From: Octopus sinensis
Lineage: Eukaryota
Reading direction: 5' to 3'
Assembly: GCF_006345805.1 (NCBI RefSeq)
Contig: NC_043026.1
Span: 3,534,001-3,598,000 of the forward strand
DNA: 64,000 nucleotides
A program made the position numbers and the translations under genes. Shown one piece after another: positions 24,001 to 36,899 of the stretch (its first letter is position 1; every line of letters starts with the position of its first letter). The notes beneath the pieces were generated by a model. The model had not been told where the DNA came from, ran no database searches, and saw nothing but the letters and a program-made list of their open reading frames with translations.

Positions 24001-25789
24001 AATTACTGCCGATTTTAGCAGTTTTGTAACTTCTTGCGGAACCCCTGCACTGTACTGGCGGAACCCTGGTTGAAAACCACTGAGTTAGACACAGTCAGTT
24101 AGACACTAGTTAGACCAGTGCTTTTCAATCTTTTTGCTGGAGCGGAACCCCAAGGAAACATCCCACTGGCTCGAGGAACCCCTGTGCAATAATTTAATAG
24201 TCTTATGCACACATATCTGCACAGGAGACTTAAAATTACTGCCGATTTAGAGCGTTTTGTAACTTCTTGCGGAACCCCTGCACTGTACTGGCGGAACCCT
24301 GGTTGAAAACCACTGAGTTAGACACAGTCAGTTAGACACTAGTTAGAACAGTGCTTTTCAATCTTTTTGCTGGAGCGGAACCCCAAGGAAACATCCCACT
24401 GGCTCGAGGAACCCCTGTGCAATATTTAATAGTCTTATGCACACATATCTGCACAGGAGACTTAAAATTACTGCCGATTTTAGCAGTTTTGTAACTTCTT
24501 GCGGAACCCCTGCACTGTACTGGCGGAACCCTGGTTGAAAACCACTGAGTTAGACAGTCAGTAGACACTAGTTAGACCAGTGCTTTTCAATCTTTTTGCT
24601 GGAGCGGAACCCCAAGGAAACATCCCACTGGCTCGAGGAACCCCTGTGCAATAATTTAATAGTCTTATGCACACATATCTGCACAGGAGACTTAAAAATT
24701 ACTGCCGATTTTAGCAGTTTTGTAACTTCTTGCGGAACCCCTGCACTGTACTGGCGGAACCCTGGTTGAAAACCACTGAGTTAGACACAGTCAGTTAGAC
24801 ACTAGTTAGACCAGTGCTTTTCAATCTTTTTGCTGGAGCGGAACCCCAAGGAAACATCCCACTGGCTCGAGGAACCCCTGTGCAATAATTTAATAGTCTT
24901 ATGCACACATACCTGCACAGGAGAATTAAAAATTACTGCCGATTTTAGCAGTTTTGTAACTTCTTGCGGAACCCCTGCACTGTACTGGCGGAACCCTGGT
25001 TGAAAACCACTGAGTTAGACACAGTCAGTTAGACACTAGTTAGACCAGTGCTTTTCAATCTTTTTGCTGGAGCGGAACCCCAAGGAAACATCCCACTGGC
25101 TCGAGGAACCCCTGTGCAATAATTTAATAGTCTTATGCACACATATCTGCACAGGAGACTTAAAAATTACTGCCGATTTTAGCAGTTTTGTAACTTCTTG
25201 CGGAACCCCTGCACTGTACTGGCGGAACCCTGGTTGAAAACCACTGAGTTAGACACAGTCAGTTAGACACTAGTTAGACCAGTGCTTTTCAATCTTTTTG
25301 CTGGAGCGGAACCCCAAGGAAACATCCCACTGGCTCGAGGAACCCCTGTGCAATGATTTAATAGTCTTATGCACACATACCTGCACAGGAGACTTAAAAA
25401 TTACTGCCGATTTTAGCAGTTTTGTAACTTCTTGCGGAACCCCTGGACTGTACTGGCAGAACCCTAAGGTTCCGCGGAACCCTGGTTGAAAACCACTGAT
25501 TTAGACACAGTCAGTTAGGCACTAGTTAGACCAGTGCTTTTCAATCTTTTTGCTGGAGCAGAACCCCCAAGGAAACATTCCACTGGCTCGAGGAACCCCT
25601 GTGCAATAATTTGATTGTCTTATGCACACATATCTGCACAGAAGAATTAAAAATTACTGCCGATTTTAGCAGTTTTGTAACTTCTTGCGGAACCCCTGCA
25701 CTGTACTGGCGGAACCCTGGTTGAAAACCACTGAGTTAGACACAGTCAGTTAGACTAAGGTTCCACAGAACCCTGGTTGAAAACCACTG
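21053..25789 (+). repeat. Satellite of ~20 hAT-type MITE units (~230-255 bp) flanked by an 8-bp TSD
   Basis: Each unit is CAGTGCTTTTCAA...TTGAAAACCACTG plus a ~33-bp (agttagac)-rich spacer. AAGTAGAC occurs at 21045-21052 and 25790-25797. Confidence 0.92.
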
Positions 25790-25847
25790 AAGTAGACATT
25801 TAGACTGGTAGACAGTAGACAGGTAAACAGATAGTATAACACATTAC

Positions 25848-25938
25848 CTCCTCCCCACAAGGCATCAAAATTCCTGTTCAAGTCTGTACCATTGCAGCCT
25901 CCCGCCTGTGGTCTTGTATTCTTTCGCCACATTCTATC
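25848..25938 (-). CDS. Carboxypeptidase gene 1 exon (91 nt, phase 0-1): DRMWRKNTRPQAGGCNGTDLNRNFDALWGG
   Basis: Acceptor atattttcag, donor GTAATG. Contains RMWRK (Arg127) and DLNRNF (Asn144/Arg145). Confidence 0.95.
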
Positions 25939-26304
25939 CTGAAAATATACATGTAATGAGAGCTTTTTTTTTTTTTTGCATGATACACATATAATATTTC
26001 GTTTTTGGATTTGGTTTGCAAGATTCTTTATATGAGTTTGTGTGTTGAAGCTTATTCTGTTGTGTCAAGAGTCGAGACTATTGAAAAGGTTGCAAGATGC
26101 AACGGAAATTTTAGGAAAATATAAATTAAGAAATAAGTGGAAATTTTACCAGTGAGTGTGTTACATTATAAGGCACAAAAAGAAAATGGCTCTCCCCAGA
26201 CACAACAGAATATGCTTCAACACACGAACTCACATAGAGAATCTTGCAAACCAAATCCCAAAACGATATATATCTAAATATATATATATATAAGTACATA
26301 TATA

Positions 26305-26353
<49 letters not shown>

Positions 26354-26365
<12 letters not shown>

Positions 26366-26442
26366 GAAAGAATGGAGTTGAACTACGATTTAACAAAATT
26401 TTGTTAAATCGTCGTTAAACTCCATTCTTTCATTTATTTATA
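26354..26442. repeat. Near-perfect ~88-bp palindrome
   Basis: taaataaatgaaagaatggagtt..acgatttaacaaaa / ttttgttaaatcgt..aactccattctttcatttattta. Confidence 0.8.
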
Positions 26443-26586
26443 GTAAAAAAAACACACAAATTTCCACACGAAAATACGTGATCTCTGCCCTTGGCATGTA
26501 GCTTCAACCATGTTTTCTGACGTGTATTTGCTACCCGGGTATCGGTTAACCGAATTATCCATACTAGGATAATTCATTCAACTACT

Positions 26587-26623
<37 letters not shown>

Positions 26624-27053
26624 TTTTGGGATTTGGTGTAAATAACGGGCAGAGTCAAGACTATTGAAAAAGTTGCAAGACGCAACGATAATTTTAGGAA
26701 AATAAAAATAAGAAATAAGTGGAAATTTTATCGGTGAGTGTGTTACATTATTAGGCACAAAAAGAAAATGACTCTCCCCAGGCATAAGAGTATATATATA
26801 ATACAAAACTTCGTTAAAATACAAATCCGAAACCAAAAAAAAACAAAAAAAAAACAAACACAAACATTACTAAAGAAAGAAAAAAAATGGAAAAAAGAGG
26901 TAAAAGAGGAAGAAAGAAAGAAAGAAAAAAGTAAAAACAGTAATTCAACACCAAGTGCCCCAACTGGCCACACACCACAAGGTTATAGGTTATACGTACA
27001 CACAAAGGAAACGTATACATGCAAATTTGCTTTATTGTGGTGTATTTACATTA

Positions 27054-27183
27054 AGTATCGGTGAAGGACAGAGTCTCCAACACTGAGGTGCTTCACAGAG
27101 CAGAAATGCCTGGAATCGAAGCCCTCATCATGAAGGCCCAGCTCCGGTGGATTGAACATGTAGTTCGAATGGACGATGCACGA
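27054..27183 (+). mobile_element. RTE LINE RT C-terminal fragment (duplicate at ~29112-29243)
   Basis: [39 protein letters not shown]. Confidence 0.85.
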
Positions 27184-27535
27184 TTCATGATTGTAAGGTC
27201 GTGAGTTCAATTCCGGTGGCGCGTTGTGTCCTTGAGCAAGACACTTTATTTCACATTGCTCCAATCCACTCAGCTGGCAAAATTTGAGTTGTACCTGTAT
27301 TTCAAAGGCCAGCCTTGTCACACACTGTGTCACGCTGAATCTCTCTGAGAACTATGTGAAGAGTACACGCGTCTGTGGAGTACTCAGCCACTTGCACGTT
27401 AATTTCACAGCAAGCTGTTCCGTTGATCATATCAGCTGGGACCCTCGTCGTTGCAACCGACGGAGTGCTCCTATGGGGGAAGGAATAGTAGATGTAGTAG
27501 CAGAACTTGATATAACATGTGATGAAGGGCCATAC

Positions 27536-27646
27536 CATTGTATGTGTCATATGATAGCCATCAGGGTTTGTGACAGGAACAAACAACCAATCATATTTCT
27601 CCAATAAGTCCGTGACTTCCTTATCGACGTTCCGTTTAGTTGCAAA
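27536..27646 (-). CDS. Carboxypeptidase gene 1 exon, copy B (111 nt, phase 0-0): FATKRNVDKEVTDLLEKYDWLFVPVTNPDGYHMTHTM
   Basis: Acceptor cttttaacag, donor GTATGG, PVxNPDGY motif. Identical by eye to the copy at 29595-29705. Confidence 0.8.
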
Positions 27647-27700
27647 CTGTTAAAAGATATAAAGAAGCAATAGATATACAATATATATTAGAAAAACCAC

Positions 27701-28037
27701 AAGAAGCGCTTCAAGGACAGTCTCAAAGTCTCTCTCAAAGACTTCTCCATCGGCACAGAGACTTGGGAGACACTTGCTGCCGACCACTCATCCTGGCGCA
27801 GCGCAATCACCACAGGAGCAGGACAGCCGAGGAGAGACGGATTCAGTCAGCAGAACAGAAACGCCAGATGCGGAAAGCCAGAGCCACCTGCACCAATAGC
27901 GCAGCCCCTACCCACTTCTGCCCCACCTGTGGGAGGGGCTTTCTTGCCCGGTATTGGCCTCACCAGCCACCTCCGGTCTCATAGCAGCAATTCCACCAAA
28001 TGATGTCAATGGTCATCTTCAAACCCGAAGGACGAAC
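27701..28037 (+). mobile_element. 5'-truncated RTE LINE with 14-bp TSD (duplicate at 29760-30097)
   Basis: KRFKDSLK...WETLAADHSSWRSAI...CPTCGR.FLARIGLTSHLRSH*. ATTAGAAAAACCAC at 27687-27700 and 28038-28051. Confidence 0.9.
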
Positions 28038-28637
28038 ATTAGAAAAACCACCTTTTATCAATTCAAAATGAACAGTTAAATTACACCATCTAAAAAATTA
28101 CGTATAATAGAAATATTAAACACACAAAAGCCGTTCGTTTCACTTCAACATTTAAGCTTAATTTGTCAATCAAATAAGTTTAATTAGTTTAATTAAACTT
28201 AAATATTGAAGTGAATCGAACGGCTTTTGTGTGTTTCTTAAATGGCTTACAAACACTTTCAACGCTGCAATTGTTTTCGTTTCAGCACACGATCTCAGAT
28301 CAAATCACTTGCTATGCAAGTACATCTCCGTAAATAGAATATTAAAATTAAAATTAAAATTAAAATAATATACCGATGATTAAGTAAATTGCAAAAAAAT
28401 AATAAAAACGTATATTACACTTTTATTATACGTTTTATTACGTTTTTATTATGTTTTTATCATTTTTTTGCAATTTACTTAATCATCGGTATATTATTGT
28501 TATTTTAATTTTAATATTTCTATTATATGTAATTTTCTAGATGGTGTAATTTAATTGTTCATTTTGAATTGATAAAAGGTGATTTTTCTAATTTATATAT
28601 ATAAATAGTGGTTTTGTCTCTAATATATATAATATAT

Positions 28638-28682
<45 letters not shown>

Positions 28683-29594
28683 TTTTGGGATTTGGTGTAA
28701 ATAACGGGCAGAGTCAAGACTATTGAAAAAGTTGCAAGACGCAACGATAATTTTAGGAAAATAAAAATAAGAAATAAGTGGAAATTTTATCGGTGAGTGT
28801 GTTACATTATTAGGCACAAAAAGAAAATGACTCTCCCCAGGCATAAGAGTATATATATAATACAAAACTTCGTTAAATACAAATCCGAAACCAAAAAAAA
28901 ACAAAAAAAAAACAAACACAAACATTACTAAAGAAAGAAAAAATGGAAAAAAGAGGTAAAAGAGGAAGAAAGAAAGAAGGAAAAAAGTAAAAACAGTAAT
29001 TCAACACCAAGTGCCCCAACTGGCCACACACCACAAGGTTATAGGTTATACGTACACACAAAGGAAACGTATACATGCAAATTTGCTTTATTGTGGTGTA
29101 TTTACATTAAGTATCGGTGAAGGACAGAGTCTCCAACACTGAGGTGCTTCACAGAGCAGAAATGCCTGGAATCGAAGCCCTCATCATGAAGGCCCAGCTC
29201 CGGTGGATTGAACATGTAGTTCGAATGGACGATGCACGATTCATGATTGTAAGGTCGTGAGTTCAATTCCCGGTGGCGCGTTGTGTCCTTGAGCAAGACA
29301 CTTTATTTCACATTGCTCCAATCCACTCAGCTGGCAAAATTTGAGTTGTACCTGTATTTCAAAGGGCCAGCCTTGTCACACACTGTGTCACGCTGAATCT
29401 CTCTGAGAACTATGTGAAGAGTACACGCGTCTGTGGAGTACTCAGCCACTTGCACGTTAATTTCACAAGCAAGCTGTTCCGTTGATCATATCAGCTGGGA
29501 CCCTCGTCGTTGCAACCGACGGAGTGCTCCTATGGGGGAAGGAATAGTAGATGTAGTAGCAGAACTTGATATAACATGTGATGAAGGGCCATAC

Positions 29595-29705
29595 CATTGT
29601 ATGTGTCATATGATAGCCATCAGGGTTTGTGACAGGAACAAACAACCAATCATATTTCTCCAATAAGTCCGTGACTTCCTTATCGACGTTCCGTTTAGTT
29701 GCAAA
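29595..29705 (-). CDS. Carboxypeptidase gene 1 exon, copy A (111 nt, phase 0-0): FATKRNVDKEVTDLLEKYDWLFVPVTNPDGYHMTHTM
   Basis: Same splice sites and NPDGY motif as copy B. Lies within the ~2.06 kb tandem duplication. Confidence 0.85.
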
Positions 29706-31101
29706 CTGTTAAAAGATATAAAGAAGCAATAGATATACAATATATATTAGAAAAACCACAAGAAGCGCTTCAAGGACAGTCTCAAAGTCTCTCTCAAAGA
29801 CTTCTCCATCGGCACAGAGACTTGGGAGACACTTGCTGCCGACCACTCATCCTGGCGCAGCGCAATCACCACAGGAGCAGGGACAGCCGAGGAGAGACGG
29901 ATTCAGTCAGCAGAACAGAAACGCCAGATGCGGAAAGCCAGAGCCACCTGCACCAATAGCGCAGCCCCTACCCACTTCTGCCCCACCTGTGGGAGGGGCT
30001 TTCTTGCCCGGTATTGGCCTCACCAGCCACCTCCGGTCTCATAGCAGCAATTCCACCAAATGATGTCAATGGTCATCTTCAAACCCGAAGGACGAACATT
30101 AGAAAAACCACCTTTTATCAATTCAAAATGAACAGTTAAATTACACCATCTAAAAAATTACGTATAATAGAAATATTAAACACACAAAAGCCGTTCGTTT
30201 CACTTCAACATTTAAGCTTAATTTGTCAATCAAATAAGTTTAATTAGTTTAATTAAACTTAAATATTGAAGTGAATCGAACGGCTTTTGTGTGTTTCTTA
30301 AATGGCTTACAAACACTTTCAACGCTGCAATTGTTTTCGTTTCAGCACACGATCTCAGATCAAATCACTTGCTATGCAAGTACATCTCCGTAAATAGAAA
30401 TATTAAAATTAAAATTAAAATTAAAATAATATACCGATGATTAAGTAAATTGCAAAAAAATAATAAAAACGTATATTACACTTTTATTATACGTTTTATT
30501 ACGTTTTTATTATGTTTTTATCATTTTTTTGCAATTTACTTAATCATCGGTATATTATTGTTATTTTAATTTTAATATTTCTATTATATGTAATTTTCTA
30601 GATGGTGTAATTTAATTGTTCATTTTGAATTGATAAAAGGTGATTTTTCTAATTTATATATATAATAGTGGTTTTGTCTCTAATATAATATAATATATAT
30701 TATATATATATATATATTATATATATATATATATAATATATATATATATATTATATTGTGTGAAATTTGATTTAGCATTTCTAAATTGAATCCTGTAAGT
30801 TAGGATTAATATTCCATCAAATAATTATTATATATATATATATTATATATATATATATACATATATACACAGGGTGTGTAAGGTATTTGAGGACATACCT
30901 TTCTTGGGACATTGCTGCATTTTTTCCTAATTCCAAACTTACAGGGAAAAATTCAATTTAGCAATTCTAAATCAAATTTCACAATATATAATATATGTAT
31001 ATAATTAAGAGAAATAACCTCTATTAAGTAAATCAATTGATAGTGAAAGATATAATCTATATTAAATCATATAGAAAAAAATTTTAATATTTTGTAATAA
31101 A

Positions 31102-31500
31102 TCTTTATATATAAAAGTGAAGTTGTGTGTCTGTCTCCTACGATTTAGATTCCTAACTACTCCCACATTTTGCAGTGCAGTTTAACCAAAACCGGGTATC
31201 TTATAGTCGTGATTAATATCGAGCCCTTCTGGGTATTAGCGCATGTCTACGATGAGTCTACAATTTTAAAAATAATTTACCATCATTTTTTCCATTTTAA
31301 TGCATTTTTTCGCTATTATATAAGGGAAGTAACTCTCTAAAAATGTCTACGATGAGTCAATGATTTAAAAAAAAATTTACCATCATTTTTTTTTTCCATT
31401 TTTGATGCATTTTTTTGCTATTTTTTGGCTATAACTCTCTAAAAATGCTTATATAGTTATTTCCCTTACAAACCCGAGCAACGCCGGGCGATACTGCTAG
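31102..31500 (+). mobile_element. Non-autonomous Helitron-like element (also 48706-49101 and 55714-56111; related element ~53041-53430; 3' end on minus strand near 8192-8240)
   Basis: A|TC 5' end, subterminal hairpin CCCG-agcaacgc-CGGG, 3' CTAG|T. Confidence 0.7.
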
Positions 31501-31899
31501 TATATTATAATATATTGAGACAAAGAATTTATTTAAATAACAGGGCTGTAAGGCACACACACACACACACACACACACATACAAATATGCTGATGTGTAT
31601 ATATATATATATCAGTTTCAGGTATAATTCTTGTTCAGTTCAGTTCGTCTTTTTTTCATGGTACCCACAAACCAAATGTGGTTTTTTTTCACCTCCAATA
31701 ACATAAAGCAGTTGCCATATTTAATACCAAGTGCAAAACTGCTTGGTAAAATTGGCTGTAATGGATAAAAATACATACATACATACATACATACATACAT
31801 ACGTATATATATATATATATATATATGTATATGTATATATGTATGTATTTTTGTATAAATATATATATATATATATCTTTCTCTCTTTTCTCTTTTACT

Positions 31900-32539
31900 T
31901 GTTTCAGCACCGCCTTTAGCCGAACAAATCGACCCCAGGACTTATTCTTTGTAAGCCTAGTACTTATTCTATCGGTCTCTTTTGCCGAACCGCTAAGTAA
32001 CGGGAATATAAACACAACAGCATCGGGGATCAAGCGATTTGGGGTGGGGGCAAACACAGACGCTCAAACATACACACACATACATACATATATATATATA
32101 TATATACATATATACGACGATCTTCTTTCAGTTTTCATCGGCCAAATCCACTCAAAAGGCTTTGGTCAGCCTGAGGCTATAGTAGAAGACACTTGCCCAA
32201 GGTGCCACACAGTGGAACTGAACCCGGGACCATGTGGTTCATAAGCAAGCTACTTACCACACAGCCACTCCACTACATAAAACTATTTGAGAAATGGAAA
32301 CAGAATGATATGCTTATGGAATCTCTTTACTCTTTTACTCTTTTACTTGTTTCAGTCATTTGACTGCGGCCATGCTGGAGCACCGCCTTTAATCGAGCAA
32401 CTCGACCCCGGGACTTATTCTTTTGTAAGCCCAGTACTTATTCTATCGGTCTCTTTTGCCGAACCGCTAAGTAACGGGGACATAAACACACCAGCATCGG
32501 TTGCCAAGCAATGACAGGGGGACAAACACAGACACACAA

Positions 32540-32570
<31 letters not shown>

Positions 32571-32930
32571 CGACAGGCTTCTTTCAGTTTCCGTCTACCA
32601 AATCCACTCACAAGGCTTCGGTCGGCCCGAGGCTATAGCAGAAGACACTTGCCCAAGATGATACGCAGTGGGACTGAACCCGGAACCATGTGGTTGGTTA
32701 GCAAGCTACTTACCACACAGCCACTCCTGCGCCTATATATATATATACATATATACGATGGGCTTCTTTCAGTTTCCGTCTACCAAATCCACTCACAAGG
32801 CTTCGGTCGGCCCGGGGCTATAGCAGAAGACACTTGCCCAAGATGCCACACAGTGGGACTGAACCCGGAACCATGTGGTTGGTTAGCAAGCTACTTACCA
32901 CACAGCCACTCCGGCGCCTATATGATTGAC
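31900..32930 (-). mobile_element. Stack of family A SINE copies
   Basis: Repeated head, body and tail motifs, reverse-complemented. Confidence 0.8.
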
Positions 32931-33018
32931 TAAAAATCCACATAGGAAACGTCCCAAAATTGTTGTAAACCAATGGGTGAAGCAAAGAATAAGAAAAATT
33001 TAAGGAGGTATATCTTAC

Positions 33019-33117
33019 ACTTTCAATGACTTTTAGGGTGGAAGCAATTGCGATCCATTCACGGCTGTGCATTCCTGCTTCAACGATGATTGTGTCCTTT
33101 CCAGGGCCAACGGAAAA
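33019..33117 (-). CDS. Carboxypeptidase gene 1 exon (99 nt, phase 0-0): FSVGPGKDTIIVEAGMHSREWIAIASTLKVIES
   Basis: Acceptor tttcaaacag, donor GTAAGA. G.HSREW carries Zn ligands His69 and Glu72 plus Arg71. Confidence 0.95.
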
Positions 33118-35293
33118 CTGTTTGAAATTGAAAATACAGATTAGCAAAGGTTTTACAGCATGGCAGACTGGGTTACATTCTTTTGGAGCTGTGGTGTGTT
33201 GGTGCTTCTGTTTGGTGGTAATGTGTTGTAGAGTAATGTGGAAACGGTGGTTTGGTGTCATCTTGCAGTGTTGCAGTATGGTATGGTGGTATGGTATGGT
33301 GACGTGGTGGTGTACTGTGCTGTTGTGAAGGCAGCTAGCTGGCAGAACCGTTAGCACACCAGGCGAAATGCTTAGGAGTATTTCATCTGCCGCTGTTACG
33401 TTCTGAGTTCAAATTCCGCCGAGGTCGACATTGCCTTTCATCCTTTCGGGGTCAATAAATTAAGTACCAGTTACGCACTGGGGTCGATATAAATAGGTAT
33501 TTCATCTGCCGCTACGTTCTGAGTTCAAATTCCACCGAGGTTAACTTTGCCTTTCATCCTTTCGGGGTCGATTAAATAAGTACCAGTTAAGTACTGGGGT
33601 CGATATAATCGGCTTAATCCGTTTGTCTGTCCTTGTTTGTCCCCTCTGTGTTTAGCCCCTTGTGGGTAGTAAAGAAATAGGTATTTCGTCTGTCGTTACG
33701 TTCTGAGTTCAAATTCCGCCGAAGTCGACTTTGCCTTTCATCCTTTCGACTTAATCCGTTTGTCTGTCCTTGTTTGTCCCCTCTGTGTGTAGCCCCTTGT
33801 GGGCAGTGAAGAAATTGGTATACAGTGTTGTTGTGTAGAAGAACTGATATAAGATTGTTATACTGTAGTTTTGGGGTATGAACATGCACAAGTAGGTGGA
33901 CTGAAAAGTTTATAACTTGAGTATGAAGGGGTGAGACTAGAACTGGGAAACCTTGTATTCATTAATTTTATCCCTTATCAATAACTACATAGTTTCTTTC
34001 TGAGCAATCACACACAAACACACACACACATTTGTACATATATATATTAGAGACCTCCTTCGGTCACGACACTGACCATGGGATTGCACCTAGAAAGTTA
34101 CCCTCCCAGGCACAAGTCTGGGCAAGGTTGTTTATGGAAGACCAGCAGTCGCCCATGCATACCGGCCTCTGCTCTCCACGCCACCAGTGTTATCCAAGGG
34201 AAAGGCAAAGTGCTTTTCTAGTTGCTGTTGTTTGTTTGTTTGTTTGTTTGTTTGTTGAGTGAAGCGGTCTTCGTCCCTTGGGAGAAGTCCGAAACGAGGT
34301 CTTTTGCTATTTGTAAGACCCGCAGAAGAGAAATCAGATCAACCCCCGACACCAAGAGCATTGACGGATGGATGAATGCGCATCCAGGCTCAGCGGTTGC
34401 GTAGGAAGTCGGGGACAAGAAACAGGATGAAAGAGTGAGAGAAAGTTGGGGTGAAAGAGTACAACAGGGGTCGCCACCACCCTCTGCCGGAGCCTCGTGG
34501 AGCCTTAGGTGTTTTTGCTCAATAAACACATACAACGCCTGATCTGGGGATCGAAACCGTGATCCTCCGACCGCGAGTCCGCTGCACTAACCACTGGGCC
34601 ATTGCACCTCCACACACACATATATATAAGAAAATAAAGGAGCAACAATTAACCCTTAGAAGTTGATTCTTAGTATTAAAAGCTTTAGGTGTTTTTGCAC
34701 AATAAACACACACAACGTCTGGTCTGGGAATCAAAACCGCGATCCTCCGACCACGAGTCCACTGGGCCATTACGCCTCCACTGCTCTGCTATTGTTGTCT
34801 GTAAAAAGTCAACACAGTTGTCCTTGTGCTTTGATAAAATTCATTAAATGTTTGTGGTTATTCAGTTACCCATTTTCATTCACCACCACAGACCCATTTT
34901 CATTCACCAGCTCAACCATTCACCACCACAGACCAGCCCACAACCTTCAGACTGCGACGTGGTTATCTCTGCTTAACAATTTGAAAGTGGGGCTTCTACT
35001 GTCTACTCCAATGAACTGTGACAGATATTTTATCTTGAGATTAGAGATAAATACAAAGCTGAATTGAATGAATGAATGAATATATATATATAAATATGTG
35101 TGTATGTATGTACAGGTATGAAAATATATATGCATGTACGTATATGTATATATATATATAAATATGTGTGTATGTATGTATGTACACGTATGAAAATATA
35201 TAAGCATGTATGTATATGTATGTACATATATATACATTTATATATGCGTGCATGTATATGTATACAAATGTATGTTATGTATATGTGTGTATG

Positions 35294-35331
<38 letters not shown>

Positions 35332-35516
35332 TATATAATTATAAATATTAGGGAATAAATCCAAATTTACAGGGAAAAAAATCAGATTTAGGATTAAATC
35401 CAATTTTATAGTAAAATATTATAAAATATTATTAGAGACAAAACCACTATTTTGCAAAACAAACAAGGAAAGACTTAATCAATACATAAAATTTTAATAA
35501 ATAGTCAAAAAAACCG

Positions 35517-35559
35517 CCACTACAATTGTTTCTTGTCTTGATCGACAATCTTCAGGTGG
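35517..35559 (-). ncRNA. Minimal type I hammerhead ribozyme (host pre-mRNA strand)
   Basis: CCAC-CTGAAGA-TTGTC gatcaa GACAA-GAAAC AATT GTA-GTGG: canonical core, 5-bp stem II, palindromic CAATTG stem III, GUA triplet. Confidence 0.8.
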
Positions 35560-35614
35560 ACTTCCAATAAGTCAGTTTCAAATTATGAATTTTGGAAACT
35601 GACTTATTGGAAGT

Positions 35615-35656
35615 CCACCTGAAGATTGTCGATCAAGACAAGAAACAATGTAGTGG
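35615..35656 (+). ncRNA. Minimal type I hammerhead ribozyme (mirror copy)
   Basis: CCAC-CTGAAGA-TTGTC gatcaa GACAA-GAAAC AAT GTA-GTGG. Confidence 0.75.
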
Positions 35657-35777
35657 CGGTTTTTTGACTATTTATTAAAATTTTATGTATTGATTAAGTC
35701 TTTCCTTGTTGTTTTGCAAAATAGTGGTTTTGTCACTATAATATTTTATATATATATACATATATATATATATTATG

Positions 35778-35817
<40 letters not shown>

Positions 35818-36452
35818 CATATGTATATATATATTGGCATACATACATTATATGAAAATACATATAAGGTCTTGTATTGTTTATCGTAGTAATGTTCTAC
35901 ATACATTGATTTAGCTGAGTTCAAAAGTTATATATGTCAAAAGTTATATATATATATGCCAGTGTGTCATTGATAATGTTGATAAAATTATTAGGGATCA
36001 AATTTGTAATATAGTAAATTATGTACAATAGATATAGATATACAGATATAGGCATGGCTATGTGGTAAGGAGTTTGCTTTCCGACCACATACATCCAGGT
36101 TCAGTCCCACTGTATGGTACCTTTGGAAAGTGTCTTCTCCTATTGTCTCAGGTTAACCAATGCCTTGTGAATGGATTTAATAGATGGAAACTGAAAGAAG
36201 CCCATTGCATGTGTTTATATATATATATACATATATATATACTCTTTTACTCTTTTACTTGTTTCAGTCATTTGACTGCGGCCATGCTGGAGCACTGCCT
36301 TTAGTCGAGCAAATTGCCCCTGGGACTTATTCTTTGTAAGCCCAGTACTTATTCTATCGGTCTCTTTTGCCGAACCGCTAAGTGACGGGGACGTAAACAC
36401 ACCAGCAATGCTAGGGGGACAAACACAGACACACAAACACACACATACACAT

Positions 36453-36483
<31 letters not shown>

Positions 36484-36899
36484 ATATATATATATATATA
36501 TACATATATACGACAGGCTTCTTTCAGTTTCTGTCTACCAAATCCACTCACAAGGCATTGGTCGACCCGGGGCTATAGCAGAAGACAGTTGCCCAAGATG
36601 CCACGCAGTGGGACTGAACCCAGAACCATATGGTTGGTTAGCAAGCTACTTACCACACAGCCACTCCTGCATATATATATATATATATATATAGAAATAT
36701 TAAAATAACTCTTATTTTTATAAGAATGCCATATTAGTATGGCGATAACTATTATATATATATATATATTATATATATATATATATATAATATATATATA
36801 TTAATATATATAGACAAACGATTAATATACCTCAACTTTAGAATAAAAGAAATACACACACAAATATTACATTCCAAAGAATCCATTACTAATCAGCCC

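Larger units (their letters stand above)
26621..30740. repeat. ~2.06-kb near-identical tandem duplication (26621-28679 / 28680-~30740) containing a carboxypeptidase exon
   Basis: Offset 2059-2060. Differences are mostly single-base homopolymer indels. Both ends lie in (TA)n. Confidence 0.9.
35431..35741. mobile_element. Palindromic non-autonomous element (~150-bp arms) carrying one hammerhead ribozyme per arm
   Basis: Arms match base for base apart from a few indels. See the two ncRNA features. Confidence 0.85.

Noticed and set aside
21053-25789. CRISPR-like appearance of the regular arrays (also 44934-47215)
   Set aside because: No unique spacers. Units are wholly repeated and derive from eukaryotic TEs.
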